A stretch of 64,000 nucleotides of DNA from NCBI GenBank assembly GCA_041497675.1, contig JBGQGY010000002.1, positions 18,392 through 82,391 of the forward strand. The letters are read 5' to 3'. This DNA is from a bacterium. GTDB taxonomy: Bacteria > Sysuimicrobiota > Sysuimicrobiia > Sysuimicrobiales > Humicultoraceae. Position 1 is the stretch's first letter. Each line of letters opens with the position of its first letter. The notes beneath the pieces are model-generated. The model was not told the origin of the DNA. It did not search any database and was given only the letters and a program-made list of their open reading frames with translations. The translations under genes and the position numbers were made by a program. Below are positions 37,507 to 47,763 of the stretch, piece after piece.

Positions 37507-38843
37507 GCGCGGGAAATTTTGGGCCAAGTAGTGCGCGAGCCAAGATAGGCGATCCACATGAAGACATATGGAAAGATCTGCACGCGCTGACGGGCGATGA
37601 TCCCGAAGTTGGTGACTGCCGAAAAGATGTAGATGAACATGAGAGCGTAGAGCACCGATAGCAGCAGGAAACTGTTGCGCGGCGATCCCGAGATTGCGGC
37701 GATCACACTCCGGCGACGATACACGATGAGGCTCAAAAGGGCCAAGCTTTCGAGCGCCGTCACCATCGCGTTCATGTTGTGCGCCTCCCACGGGAACGGC
37801 CGAAACAGGACAGTCGGGATCAAGATAGCCAGCCCGAGGGGACTCGTGGTGTCGATCGGCGTGAACGCTGATCCGCCGTGCTCTCCTTCGCCGAGGATGT
37901 GTCGCTGCTGTCCGGTGTATCCCTGCCGCTCGCTGATGAAACCCTGCACTTCCTGCGCGTCCAACCCCTCCAGGCCCACGACCCGGCTCGCGACTACGGC
38001 GATCCCAACCGCGAATACCGTAACCAAGATGAGCCCAACGACCTTGACGAACGGCGCCAAGCTCCCCTGCCTCACCGGACGAACAACGAGCGACATCATC
38101 AGGGCCACGCCAAAGATGGCGGCGAGATGGGCCCTAATAGCCAGCATGGCTCCGATCCCCAGCAACAGACCCACGACGCTCCCGATGTCAAACCGTCTCA
38201 GTGACCGCGCCACCCCATAGGCCGCGGTCCCTCCTGCCAGCATCATCACGGCATCCTTGCCCAGGCTGCTGGTCCAGAGCAGCAGAGACGGGAACAGCAA
38301 CACGAGGATCATGTAGAGCCGGTGGTTACCCTGCGGGAACGCCGTCACGAACGCCTTGTAGAAGAGCAGCATCCCGATCAGGCCAAGCCAGGCCCAGATA
38401 TACGACACTCCCACAAGCGTCGGGCCGGTGAGCAGATACGCGAAAGCGGTGAGAAGGCGCACGGCGAAACTCCCGGTGAACCGCCCGGTTAACGGCCATT
38501 CGCCCGCCGCCAGCGAGTACGACATCTCCTCCCCCGCCGCGCTATACACGTAGGCATCCGCCAGCAGGCCAGTAGCGAAACGGAAGTGGACGGCAAATAT
38601 CTTAAGAGCAAAACTTGCCATGAGCAGCCAAAACAGCAGATCCGCATCTGCATCATTTCGTGCGGCGATGCGGAAGATCACAATAGAAAGCAAGACGAGG
38701 ACCACCAGGACGACGCTCATCCGCATAGTCGCGATGTCGTTACCACCGACAAAGATGCCGGCAACCCACGCCACACTCGCGAGCAGCGGGATCGCGACGA
38801 TCAAACGCCGCAGCTGACTTCGATCTATCGCCAGGGTGCTCAT
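37503..38843 (-). CDS. Polytopic membrane protein, probable Wzy-type polymerase
   Basis: About 11 TM; DAYVY loop, FPSLLLWTSSLGKDA, RPFPWEA, NFGIIARQR; located in a Wzx locus. Confidence 0.6.
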   Translation of the reverse strand: MSTLAIDRSQLRRLIVAIPLLASVAWVAGIFVGGNDIATMRMSVVLVVLVLLSIVIFRIAARNDADADLLFWLLMASFALKIFAVHFRFATGLLADAYVYSAAGEEMSYSLAAGEWPLTGRFTGSFAVRLLTAFAYLLTGPTLVGVSYIWAWLGLIGMLLFYKAFVTAFPQGNHRLYMILVLLFPSLLLWTSSLGKDAVMMLAGGTAAYGVARSLRRFDIGSVVGLLLGIGAMLAIRAHLAAIFGVALMMSLVVRPVRQGSLAPFVKVVGLILVTVFAVGIAVVASRVVGLEGLDAQEVQGFISERQGYTGQQRHILGEGEHGGSAFTPIDTTSPLGLAILIPTVLFRPFPWEAHNMNAMVTALESLALLSLIVYRRRSVIAAISGSPRNSFLLLSVLYALMFIYIFSAVTNFGIIARQRVQIFPYVFMWIAYLGSRTTWPKISRA

Positions 38844-38883
38844 CTGTGCGTCCTCACAGCCTCTTCAGCATTGAGCGCAACAC

Positions 38884-39489
38884 CTAACCCGGGAGCCCAG
38901 TCACGCCCTGGGGGCCGGGACCATAGTCGTGCGTGTCGCCAGAGATCTCCCCAGCACGCGCGAGCTCGACGAGCTCCTGGAGCAGGACGCCGTCGTTCAA
39001 CCGGTTCATGAATTCCTTGTCCGGCAGCGTCTCGATTTCATTGACGGTATCTTCGATTTCCTCGAAACGTAGGAAGATCTGGTAGGCCGCCGGGCTCATC
39101 GCCCGCCTCATCTCTTGTTCCAGAAGAACCTGCAACACCAGCAAGAACTCGGAGCTCACCCGGCGGCTCAACCAGTGACAGTAGTCCTCAAGGAGGTTCA
39201 AGCGCCGGTCCGTCAGATACGAGATATCGCGCCGCCCCACCGCTTCGCCCAGTTGTCTGTGCGTGGTGGCCAGCTCCGAGAGCAGCCGCACATAGTCGGC
39301 GAGCACTTTGGTCGAAGGACTTGGGACGCGACTACTTTGCACGGCGATGAATCGGTGCTCGACCTCCTGGAGCGCATGCCGTAGCGGCCCGGTGGCCACT
39401 CGCACGGCATCGCTCCGGCGAACCACGCGGGTACGAACCTGCACTCGGGACTCGGCCTCCGGCGTACGCTCGCCCGAACTGCTGGTCAT
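38884..39489 (-). CDS. Hypothetical soluble alpha-helical protein
   Basis: Fills the gap in the operon, ATGA-coupled at 39489; no recognised motif. Confidence 0.55.
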   Translation of the reverse strand: MTSSSGERTPEAESRVQVRTRVVRRSDAVRVATGPLRHALQEVEHRFIAVQSSRVPSPSTKVLADYVRLLSELATTHRQLGEAVGRRDISYLTDRRLNLLEDYCHWLSRRVSSEFLLVLQVLLEQEMRRAMSPAAYQIFLRFEEIEDTVNEIETLPDKEFMNRLNDGVLLQELVELARAGEISGDTHDYGPGPQGVTGLPG

Positions 39490-40073
39490 CGGATACCCCC
39501 CAGGAATAGCACCAGCTTGCCGTACTCCCGCACAACAAGACGCCGCTCGAATTCCCTGGTCCACCATCGATCCACTCGGAAGTGTCCGTCATCAACGGCC
39601 AGGACGCGAACACTCAGCCGCCTCGGGCGAAATTCCCTGGCAAAGATCATTCCCGCTCGGCGCGTGTGGTAGGGCGACGTCAGCAGAATGCCGCTTGCCA
39701 ACCGGCGTCCTTCCATGAGACCGGCTGATCCGCGCGCGTTGTCCACGGTGCTCTCAGCCCGGTCATCGACCAGGAGTCGTTCAGGCAGCATACCCGCAGC
39801 GAGGGCCTGATCCCTCATGATCAAGCCAGAATTCAATCCGAACGCGTAGGGACCGCCGCTGACAATCAGCCACTGACCGTACCCATCTCGAAGGATGCGC
39901 ATGGCTGTCGCCACGCGCTCCGGACCGTCACCGCCGATCGCGATTACGGCATCCGCTCTCTCCAGCGGATCGCTGACGACAAGAAACGCTCCGGTGGCCT
40001 GAAGGAGCGGCTCTCGACCGAACCACGCCGCCGCCCCAACGACGACACACGTTAGGATGACACTTGCCCGCAT
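39486..40073 (-). CDS. YdcF/ElyC/SanA (DUF218) family protein
   Basis: N-terminal TM; ADAVIAIGG, IVSGG, STVDNA, TSPYHTRRA, REY. Confidence 0.88.
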   Translation of the reverse strand: MRASVILTCVVVGAAAWFGREPLLQATGAFLVVSDPLERADAVIAIGGDGPERVATAMRILRDGYGQWLIVSGGPYAFGLNSGLIMRDQALAAGMLPERLLVDDRAESTVDNARGSAGLMEGRRLASGILLTSPYHTRRAGMIFAREFRPRRLSVRVLAVDDGHFRVDRWWTREFERRLVVREYGKLVLFLGGIR

Positions 40074-40079
40074 GACCGG

Positions 40080-42002
40080 CTATGTCTGGTTGCCGGGCTT
40101 GACCTGCGTCCGACTGTCCTGTTCTGGCGGCAGCGAAAAACTGGTCCCGTCGGAGGACAACCGCCGGAGAATGGCCCGGATCCCTATATCGTCCCGGTGC
40201 GCAACGAGGTGCTCGAGCTGCTGAAGCGCCAGCCGAACGATGACTTCATCAGGTTCGCGCTCATCGACCACCTCAAAGACTCCGGGGAATGGCGACGGCC
40301 GCATGGCTTCGCTCGGGGCGGCGAGCTCTTCTTCCAGTTTTTCACCCGGTCTGATCCCCGTGTAGACTATTGGGATATCCTTGTCCGGCTCGAGCCCCGA
40401 CAGCCGGATGACTTCGGTTGCCAGGTCCGCAATCCGAACGGGCACCCCCATGTCGAGGACGTACAAGGCCTGTTGACGCTCGGACATCGACACTTGAAGG
40501 ATGAGCAGGACCGCCTCCGTGGGGCTCATGAAGTAGCGCGTCATATCCGGATGGGTCAGTGTCACCGGCCCGCCATTGCGAATCTGCTCTTGAATCAGCG
40601 GCACCAGGCTTCCTCGGCTACCGAGGACGTTCCCAAACCTCACCGTGAGGAAGCGCGTGCGCCCGCGGCGACTCAGCATATGCACGATCGTCTCGGCGAC
40701 GCGCTTCGTCGCGCCCATGACGCTCGTCGGCTGTACCGCCTTGTCCGTCGACACGAGGACAAAGGTCTCGGCCCCATGCCTGACTGCGCCCTCCGCCAAC
40801 AGCAACGTCCCCAAGACGTTCGTCTTTACGGCCTCGTCGACGTCCCGCTCCATCAACGGCACGTGTTTGTACGCCGCCGCATGATAGATGACCCGCGGTT
40901 TCACCGAACCGAGGACCCAATCCATCTTGCCTGCATCTCGGACGTCCGCGATGAGCGTCTGCAACTGCACGTCTGGAACCAGTCGCCTGACGCTCTCTTC
41001 CAGTTCAAAGAGCCCGGTCTCGTTCATGTCGAGCGCGACAATCTCGCAGCGGGACAAGCGCGCCACTTGGCGGACCAGCTCGCTGCCAATCGACCCTGCT
41101 GCGCCCGTAATAAGCACCCGGGTCCCCTGGAGTCGCTCGGCGATGGTGTCCGTCGCGATGGTGACCTGCGACCTGCCGAGGAGGTCTGTCACCTCGACCT
41201 GCCGGATGTCTCTGAGCGTTGCCGTCCCCGTCAGCAGGGCATTCACGCCTGGGAGAATGCGCATCCGCCTGATACCGGCTCGACGTACACACTCGACGAT
41301 CCCCCGAACATCCTCGGCCGGGGCGGACGGGATCGCAATGAGCACTTCGTCCACCCTATGTTGCGTCACGATATCCCCCATCGCGGTGCGCCCGCCCAGC
41401 ACGGGGAGACCCCGGACATACGTTCCCCATCTGCCCGGATCATCATCGACGAACCCGACGGGTCGGTAGAATCGGTGTGGTGACTCTTCCATCGCCTGGA
41501 CGATGCGCATACCTGCGGCGCCGGCGCCGACGACGAGGATGCGCGTCCCCTGGGTCGCCCCACGCTCCCTGAACCCATCCAGCTGTCTCTGCAAAAGCCG
41601 CCTGCTGATTCGGAGCAGACCCACACCAAAGAGCGTCAACAGGAAGTCCATCGCCAAAACCGACCGCGGAAATCCCCAAAACGGCCGAAGCGACCTGAGA
41701 AACACGAGGCTCGCCGCAATCGACAGGCTCGACGTACCGGCGGCTTTGATCGTATTCACCAGCTCGGGGAGACCGACTGATCGCCATGACACCTTATAGA
41801 GTCGGAAGGCCCAATGCCAAACCGCCTTAATAGGGAGAAAGAGGAGCAACAGCACCGGGAAGTAGTTCCAATAGAGCGCAGGAATGGCCCCATCGAATCG
41901 GATTAGGAATGCCAGGACGAGCGCAGCGACCCACACGATAAGATCGCCGGCCACGAAGATCGCGACCCGACGTACACCTGGGCGTAAGCGCATGCGCCTC
42001 AA
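40080..42002 (-). CDS. UDP-GlcNAc 4,6-dehydratase (CapD/PglF/WbpM-like)
   Basis: 4 N-terminal TM, GAGAAG, TGAAGSIGSEL, HAAAYKHVP, STDKAV, VMGATK, RFGNVLGSRGS, GEKLEEEL. Confidence 0.94.
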   Translation of the reverse strand: MRRMRLRPGVRRVAIFVAGDLIVWVAALVLAFLIRFDGAIPALYWNYFPVLLLLFLPIKAVWHWAFRLYKVSWRSVGLPELVNTIKAAGTSSLSIAASLVFLRSLRPFWGFPRSVLAMDFLLTLFGVGLLRISRRLLQRQLDGFRERGATQGTRILVVGAGAAGMRIVQAMEESPHRFYRPVGFVDDDPGRWGTYVRGLPVLGGRTAMGDIVTQHRVDEVLIAIPSAPAEDVRGIVECVRRAGIRRMRILPGVNALLTGTATLRDIRQVEVTDLLGRSQVTIATDTIAERLQGTRVLITGAAGSIGSELVRQVARLSRCEIVALDMNETGLFELEESVRRLVPDVQLQTLIADVRDAGKMDWVLGSVKPRVIYHAAAYKHVPLMERDVDEAVKTNVLGTLLLAEGAVRHGAETFVLVSTDKAVQPTSVMGATKRVAETIVHMLSRRGRTRFLTVRFGNVLGSRGSLVPLIQEQIRNGGPVTLTHPDMTRYFMSPTEAVLLILQVSMSERQQALYVLDMGVPVRIADLATEVIRLSGLEPDKDIPIVYTGIRPGEKLEEELAAPSEAMRPSPFPGVFEVVDEREPDEVIVRLALQQLEHLVAHRDDIGIRAILRRLSSDGTSFSLPPEQDSRTQVKPGNQT

Positions 42003-42056
42003 CGGCCCTCACCTCTCTGAGTATGTGCCCGGATCCACATGTCCATGGCTGTCTTG

Positions 42057-43070
42057 CTACCTCGAGTGCGTCGAACGATAGAATCCCGAGAGCCCAAACT
42101 GCAGCCGGCTCATCGTGTGCCGAACGTTCACCGTGTGACGCAGGAGTGAGTATCGGTTGCCCACCGGCAGAGTGTTTCGACCCGGCATCGTGCTGAACGC
42201 CGTAAGAAATCTGTGCTCTCTCAGCATCCCTGCGGCGCGCTCATCGTAGTGGCCAAACGGATAGGCGAAGACTCCCGGCGCCGATCCCAGCTCACGCTGC
42301 AGATCCACCTGTGCCTCCTCGACCTCTGCGCGAATCTCGTCTGTCGTCAACGCCGGCAGCGACGCGTGCGAGCAACCATGGGAGGCCACTGTCACACCCT
42401 CGTGCGTCAGTTGGCGCAGCTCGCTCCACGACAAGACCGGCGGCGGGCCACTAGACGTCGTGCCCAACGCCGCGCTCAGCTCGGCGATCTGACCTTCAAT
42501 CACTTCAGGTCGCAGGGGGCGCAAGTGACGCACCAACCGCCGGACGAGCTGCCGGCGAGTGCCCGGGTGTCGAAGATCGACGGCTCCGATGCCCGGGATC
42601 TCCATCTTCGCGAAGGCCGCCTGTGCAATATGTTGCCAGACCTGGTCCCACCAGAAACGGCGACCGCTGCCGGGAAACCGCGTGGGCAGGAACAGGACGA
42701 CCGGAACTCTCTGCGCGCTCAGGATCGGCCATGCGTCGGTCAAGAAATCCCGGTATCCATCGTCGAAGGTGACGAGCACCGCCTTCTGGGGTAGCGATCG
42801 CCCGGTCTCAAGGCTCGCCTGGAGTTCGGGCCATCCGATGGGTGCGTAGTGGCGCGCCAGGACGTTCATGTGTTCGGCGAACCCCCTCGGTGTGGCGCTG
42901 ATCACGTTGGGATCGCCATGAAGAGGGTCGTCTTTGGGATCGCAAATTCGGTGATACCCTAAGATACGGAGCACGCTCGCTTGATTGTCCAAGGCCCGGA
43001 CCAGCCTAAGCAATCCAAGCCGCCGCAGCACGATGTCGGCGGCTCCTTCGACGACAGCCTGCACGGGCAT
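42057..43070 (-). CDS. Polysaccharide deacetylase (CE4), copy 1
   Basis: GYHRI, TFDDGYRD, SHGCSH, FAYPFG; no signal peptide. Confidence 0.88.
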   Translation of the reverse strand: MPVQAVVEGAADIVLRRLGLLRLVRALDNQASVLRILGYHRICDPKDDPLHGDPNVISATPRGFAEHMNVLARHYAPIGWPELQASLETGRSLPQKAVLVTFDDGYRDFLTDAWPILSAQRVPVVLFLPTRFPGSGRRFWWDQVWQHIAQAAFAKMEIPGIGAVDLRHPGTRRQLVRRLVRHLRPLRPEVIEGQIAELSAALGTTSSGPPPVLSWSELRQLTHEGVTVASHGCSHASLPALTTDEIRAEVEEAQVDLQRELGSAPGVFAYPFGHYDERAAGMLREHRFLTAFSTMPGRNTLPVGNRYSLLRHTVNVRHTMSRLQFGLSGFYRSTHSR

Positions 43071-43072
43071 GC

Positions 43073-44254
43073 TCAGTGAGCTCGCGCGTGTTGAGGAATG
43101 AGTGTTCCGTACAAACCTTCCAACGCCTTGACGCACCGACGCACATCATACTGTCGCCGGGTCCACTCCATCGCCTCCGCGCCAAGGCGGCCAGCAAGCG
43201 CTCTGTCCTTCGCGAGCCGGAGGATGGCCTCGGTCAACGCTTCTGGCGATTGACTCGGCACGAGAAGCGCTTTCGTCCCGTTGTCGGTGACCTCGCGAAG
43301 AACATCGATATCGCTGGCGATGCACGGCTTGCCCGAGCCCATCGCCTCCATGAGCGACACACCAAATCCTTCAAACAGCGATGGAAAAACAAAGATATCT
43401 GCAAACGCCAGCAGCGCAGGAACATCGGCTCGATCGCCGAGCAACCACACGCAGGACTGGAGGCCATGAGCGCGGATGAGGGCCTCGAGGTCCCCACGGA
43501 GCCACCCCTCCCCCGCAATGAGCAGCCTGGCCTGCGGGAACACCTGATGGACCCGCGCCATCGCCTTGATCAGGTGATGTTGCCCCTTCTGGGGGACCAG
43601 GCGAGCAACGTTCAGCAGCACGGGATAGGTATTGGTGCAGTCGAGTGCCGCCCTCAGCGCTGCAACCGACGCTGCGGGTGGCACCGTTCCATTCTCAAAC
43701 GCAAACCCCCGAGGAATCACTTGGATCTTCTTCTCTGGAATGGCCAGACGGCGCACGGCCGATCGTTTCACCGTCTCCGTGAGGGCAACGAACATCGCAC
43801 CCCACCGCGACGTCATCGTGTCCACGCCCTGCACGAGTGCGACTTTCCACCAACTCAGATGCGGATTGTCCAACTTCCACTCGGGCTCGTACGCGGTATT
43901 GACGAGCGACGTCACGACAGGCACGCGGCACAGACGCCCCACGGTCCTGCCGACCACGCCCGGGCGATAGAGGACCGCATGAATCAGATCAGGTGCCACG
44001 TGACGGACAAGACTCCGCAGGCGCGCGACCGCCCGAATCAAATCCCAGTTACGCTCCACCCGGAGCACATGGATCGTGATACCCAGTGTTTGTAGTGACG
44101 TCGCGAGTCGGCCGGCTTCTGTCAGGACGCAGATCTCGTGGTGAAAGTACTCGCGATCAGACCGCGAGAGAAACGCCGCCAACTGCTGCTCCGCCCCGCC
44201 CGTATCGAGGTCCTCAAGGACGTGCAAGATCCGCGCCTGCCTGGCTTGTGACAT
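43073..44254 (-). CDS. GT4 glycosyltransferase
   Basis: GGAE, ARLVPQKG, PSLFEGFGVSLMEAM. Confidence 0.92.
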   Translation of the reverse strand: MSQARQARILHVLEDLDTGGAEQQLAAFLSRSDREYFHHEICVLTEAGRLATSLQTLGITIHVLRVERNWDLIRAVARLRSLVRHVAPDLIHAVLYRPGVVGRTVGRLCRVPVVTSLVNTAYEPEWKLDNPHLSWWKVALVQGVDTMTSRWGAMFVALTETVKRSAVRRLAIPEKKIQVIPRGFAFENGTVPPAASVAALRAALDCTNTYPVLLNVARLVPQKGQHHLIKAMARVHQVFPQARLLIAGEGWLRGDLEALIRAHGLQSCVWLLGDRADVPALLAFADIFVFPSLFEGFGVSLMEAMGSGKPCIASDIDVLREVTDNGTKALLVPSQSPEALTEAILRLAKDRALAGRLGAEAMEWTRRQYDVRRCVKALEGLYGTLIPQHARAH

Positions 44255-44264
44255 CGTGATGTGT

Positions 44265-45005
44265 CTACTCTTTGGGGTCACTGAGATCTAAAGGTGGTTG
44301 AGCGACAAGTCTGCGAGTGGTCCCCGACGTGCAGATGTAGACCCGTGCGGCGGCGCCGGTCTTCCTGACCTGGATGCTTGGGCCCAGCCACTCGGTTGCT
44401 TCCAGGACGTGTCTGCCAAAGCCATCGCGATTGTCCACGTGCACGACATACACTCCGAAACGGCCGACAAAACGAACACATGAGAGATCGAGTCCGGCAA
44501 CGAAGCCCAGGCGAGAAAACAACGTCTTCGACGCCTTGTTGTGCCTGCTCACGCGGCAGTACACGCCCTGAAACCCTCGCCGCTTCGCTTCCTCCAGCAA
44601 CGCCACGACGACGGCCGACCCGACCAGGGACCCACGCGCCTCTGCAACGGTGTACAAATCGTACAGCACGCACTCAGCATCGCCGATGCGTACAGCGATC
44701 CCAACGTCATCAAGCCGCCATTTGCCAAAGCCCAGCCAGCCAAACCCGACGATTCGCTCACCGGCGTTCGCCAGGATGCAGACTTCGCCGTCGGCCAAAC
44801 GCTCTGCGAATCGCTGGCCGCCCTGGACGGTCAGCAGTCGACGAGCCTCGGCGCCGGTCGGGACGTGACTCAGGCGTGTCAACGACACCGCACTTCTCGG
44901 CACGATGGTCTGAATCTGCTGGCTCAGATCTCGTCTGAACAGGGTCCCCGCCCATCGCCTGACAACCCAGCGTCGGATCAGCGCCGCCGGCGCGTGCAAG
45001 ATCAT
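44265..45005 (-). CDS. GNAT family acyltransferase
   Basis: YDLYTVAEARG, NKASKTLFSRLGF. Confidence 0.75.
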   Translation of the reverse strand: MILHAPAALIRRWVVRRWAGTLFRRDLSQQIQTIVPRSAVSLTRLSHVPTGAEARRLLTVQGGQRFAERLADGEVCILANAGERIVGFGWLGFGKWRLDDVGIAVRIGDAECVLYDLYTVAEARGSLVGSAVVVALLEEAKRRGFQGVYCRVSRHNKASKTLFSRLGFVAGLDLSCVRFVGRFGVYVVHVDNRDGFGRHVLEATEWLGPSIQVRKTGAAARVYICTSGTTRRLVAQPPLDLSDPKE

Positions 45006-46561
45006 CCGTCACCATGCTCGATCGCCGGGGAATTGACAGGCTGCGTCTTCGCCGTGATGGGGTCCGCGGTCATCTGTCCGCCATCACGCTGGGCCTCGCG
45101 CAGCAGAGATAGCAACTCGAGTACCACGTCGCGTCTGACGAACCATATCGTCGCCGCGTAGACGATGACGCCAATGGCGACCAGCGCCACAAGCGTCGGG
45201 ATCCTTGGGCCAACCGTCTTGACCAGAATCTGCTCTGCGACGGCGACAACGACCACCATCACGGCGCAGCCGGTGAGGGCCGGCCACAAGGCGTCGACCA
45301 ACTCCCGTATCGATATTCCCGTCACCCGGGCGACATACCGGTAGAGAATCGGCGTCAGCAACACCGTCGCGACGAGGTACCCTGCCGCGACACCGATGAT
45401 CTGCCATCGCAACCCAATCACAAACGCCGGAACATAGACAAAGAGGGAAATCGTCGTCCAGCGAAGTTGCAACCGCGAATGACCGGCTGCCTGGAGCGCG
45501 CTCGGCCCCAGGGCCAGCATCAAAGAGATGAACCCCGCAACCGCCAGGATGCTCAGGACGGGCGAGGCGGGCAGCCACCCGGCACCAAATAGGGCTTTCA
45601 CCTGCAGGCGAGCGACCAGCGCCATGCCGAGGACCGCCGGGAGCGCCACCAATGCGACATACCGGGTGGCCGTGAGGAAGGCCCTCTTGAACTGGTCGGC
45701 CGCGCCCTGGAGTCGAGAGAAGGCCGACGTCATGACCTGGTTCCCAAGAACGATGAGGTCCGTGACAGGGGCCATGAAGAGCGTGTAGGCCATCGAGTAG
45801 TAGCCAAGCGCGCTGGCACCCAAGTAGCGCCCGATCAACAGGTTATCCGAATATCTGATAAAGAACGTGAGCAGCCGCGCCACCACCAGCGGCATCCCGA
45901 AGGCCCAGAGTTCGAGAAGCTTCGACCGCGAAAAGTAGAATCGCGGCCGCCAGCCTGCCGAAGAATACAGGAGAAGCGTCGTCATCCCCGTGACCGTCAG
46001 CATCTGGCCTGCCAGACTCCACACGCCCATGCCTGACCAGGCCATCAGCACCCCCACGAGACCACCGATCAGGGTCGCGATGAAGGTCCGGACCACCAGT
46101 CTTCTGTACTCCAGCACCCGCGAGATGACCGCGATCTGGATGGCCGACCCTGCGGTCAGCACGATTCCCAGGGACAGGATCAACGCCACCGTTCCGACCG
46201 CCGGTTCGCGCGTGAAAGCGCTGAACAACCGCGAACCCGCCGCCGCGACCACCACCAGCAGGACCGCCACGCCCATTTGCGCCCAGAAGGCAGAGGACAG
46301 ATGACCTTCGTCGATGTCCTTACGCTGGATGATCGCCGAGCCCAGCCCCATTTGGCTGAACGATTGCAAGAAACCAGTAAAAACCACGGCAAGCGCCACG
46401 AGTCCAAAGTCACTCGGTGACAGCAGCCGCACCAAAATAAGGGTAAAGATCTGGTCGACGATCCGGGTCGACACCCGCTCGCCGCTGACCCAGAACACAC
46501 CCCGGATCGCCGCGCTTCTGATCCGGCGTTCTAGGGTCTCTTGGGTCTCTGGTGCAGCCAT
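45002..46561 (-). CDS. wzx: Wzx-type flippase, copy 2
   Basis: RLLSPSDFG, AIIQRK, DNLLIGRYLGASALGYY; start ATG 46561; paralog of 17753..19276. Confidence 0.9.
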   Translation of the reverse strand: MAAPETQETLERRIRSAAIRGVFWVSGERVSTRIVDQIFTLILVRLLSPSDFGLVALAVVFTGFLQSFSQMGLGSAIIQRKDIDEGHLSSAFWAQMGVAVLLVVVAAAGSRLFSAFTREPAVGTVALILSLGIVLTAGSAIQIAVISRVLEYRRLVVRTFIATLIGGLVGVLMAWSGMGVWSLAGQMLTVTGMTTLLLYSSAGWRPRFYFSRSKLLELWAFGMPLVVARLLTFFIRYSDNLLIGRYLGASALGYYSMAYTLFMAPVTDLIVLGNQVMTSAFSRLQGAADQFKRAFLTATRYVALVALPAVLGMALVARLQVKALFGAGWLPASPVLSILAVAGFISLMLALGPSALQAAGHSRLQLRWTTISLFVYVPAFVIGLRWQIIGVAAGYLVATVLLTPILYRYVARVTGISIRELVDALWPALTGCAVMVVVVAVAEQILVKTVGPRIPTLVALVAIGVIVYAATIWFVRRDVVLELLSLLREAQRDGGQMTADPITAKTQPVNSPAIEHGDG

Positions 46562-46578
46562 CGTGGTCCTCGAACTCC

Positions 46579-47763
46579 TCAAACCGCCGCGCTGGCCTTG
46601 AGCCCATCCTTGAGCGTCTGGGCAATCGTGGAGATGTCGTCCCTTTGCAGACCGTTGAAGAACGGCAACGCGACCACGCGACGGCTCGCGTCTTCGGCTA
46701 CAGGGAAGTTCCCCTTCTGATACAGCCCGAACTTCTGGAAATACGGCTGAAGGTGGAGCACTGGGAAGTAGGCCCTGCTCGCAACGCCCCGGCTGGCAAG
46801 AAAGTGCATCAGGCCGTCGCGATCGACCGCAGCGGCAACCCGCACCACATAGACGAACCAGTTGACCCGCGCCCACGGCTGCGCAGCCGGCAGGGTCAGC
46901 TCCGCGATGTCCCCGAGCAACGCCGCATATAGCGCCACCACCTGGCTGCGCCTGGCTACGAGCGTCTCGAACCGCTTCATCTGCGCCACACCAAGGGCCG
47001 CAGAGAGCTCGTCCATTCGATAGTTGAACCCGAGGACATCGTGCCGTAGCCACTCGGCCCCCGCTGCGCGGCCCTGGTTGCGGGCGCTACGGCAGTAGGC
47101 GGCGATCTCATCGTCATCGGTCACGATCATGCCGCCTTCACCCGTCGTGATCTGTTTGTTCGGATAGAAGGCGAAGATCGCCACCTCGGCTAACGCCCCC
47201 GACTTGAGCCACTGCCCGTGGACGGCCGAGTAGTACTCGGAGCCGAAAGCCTCAGCGGTGTCGTCCAAGAACCTCACGCCGTACCGATTGGCCAGCGCGC
47301 GAAATTCGTCCATCTTCACCGGATGGCCGAAGACGTCTACGGGGAGAATCCCTGCGAGCGGCCGGCCGGTCGACCGGCGGATCATCTGGCCGGACACGGG
47401 ACGGTATTCACGTTCGATGAACGCGCCGACCCTCTCGGGATCCATATTCAAGGTCGCCGGATCAACGTCGACGAACACCGGGTGCGCCCGCTCCATGAAC
47501 AGAATGTTGCTCGTCGCCGCGAAGGTAAACGGTGTCGTGATGACCTCGACGCCTTCCGTAAACCCCAGCGCCCGTCCGGCCAGGTGGAGACCGGCAGTCC
47601 CGCTGCTGACGGCAATGGCATGCCGCCGGCCCAGATAGGTCGCCATCATCCCTTCAAACTCATCGACCTTGGGACCCAGGCTCAGCCACGGCGTTTTTAG
47701 GACGCCGAGCACTTCCTGGATCTCAACATCGGTAATATCCGGCCGTGATAGAGGCAGACTCAT
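46579..47763 (-). CDS. DegT/DnrJ/EryC1/StrS sugar aminotransferase (PglE-like role)
   Basis: SSGTAGLH, FAFYPNKQITTGEGG (PLP Lys), GFNYRM; start ATG 47763 (ATGA). Confidence 0.93.
   Translation of the reverse strand: MSLPLSRPDITDVEIQEVLGVLKTPWLSLGPKVDEFEGMMATYLGRRHAIAVSSGTAGLHLAGRALGFTEGVEVITTPFTFAATSNILFMERAHPVFVDVDPATLNMDPERVGAFIEREYRPVSGQMIRRSTGRPLAGILPVDVFGHPVKMDEFRALANRYGVRFLDDTAEAFGSEYYSAVHGQWLKSGALAEVAIFAFYPNKQITTGEGGMIVTDDDEIAAYCRSARNQGRAAGAEWLRHDVLGFNYRMDELSAALGVAQMKRFETLVARRSQVVALYAALLGDIAELTLPAAQPWARVNWFVYVVRVAAAVDRDGLMHFLASRGVASRAYFPVLHLQPYFQKFGLYQKGNFPVAEDASRRVVALPFFNGLQRDDISTIAQTLKDGLKASAAV

Noticed and set aside
45002..47053. 683-aa extended flippase, and similar long N-terminal extensions in the ORF track (e.g. 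21385, 25064, 28417, 36578, 37791, 53643, 57943, 60991)
   Set aside because: The extensions overlap bona fide upstream genes; starts were reassigned to coupled or SD-supported codons.
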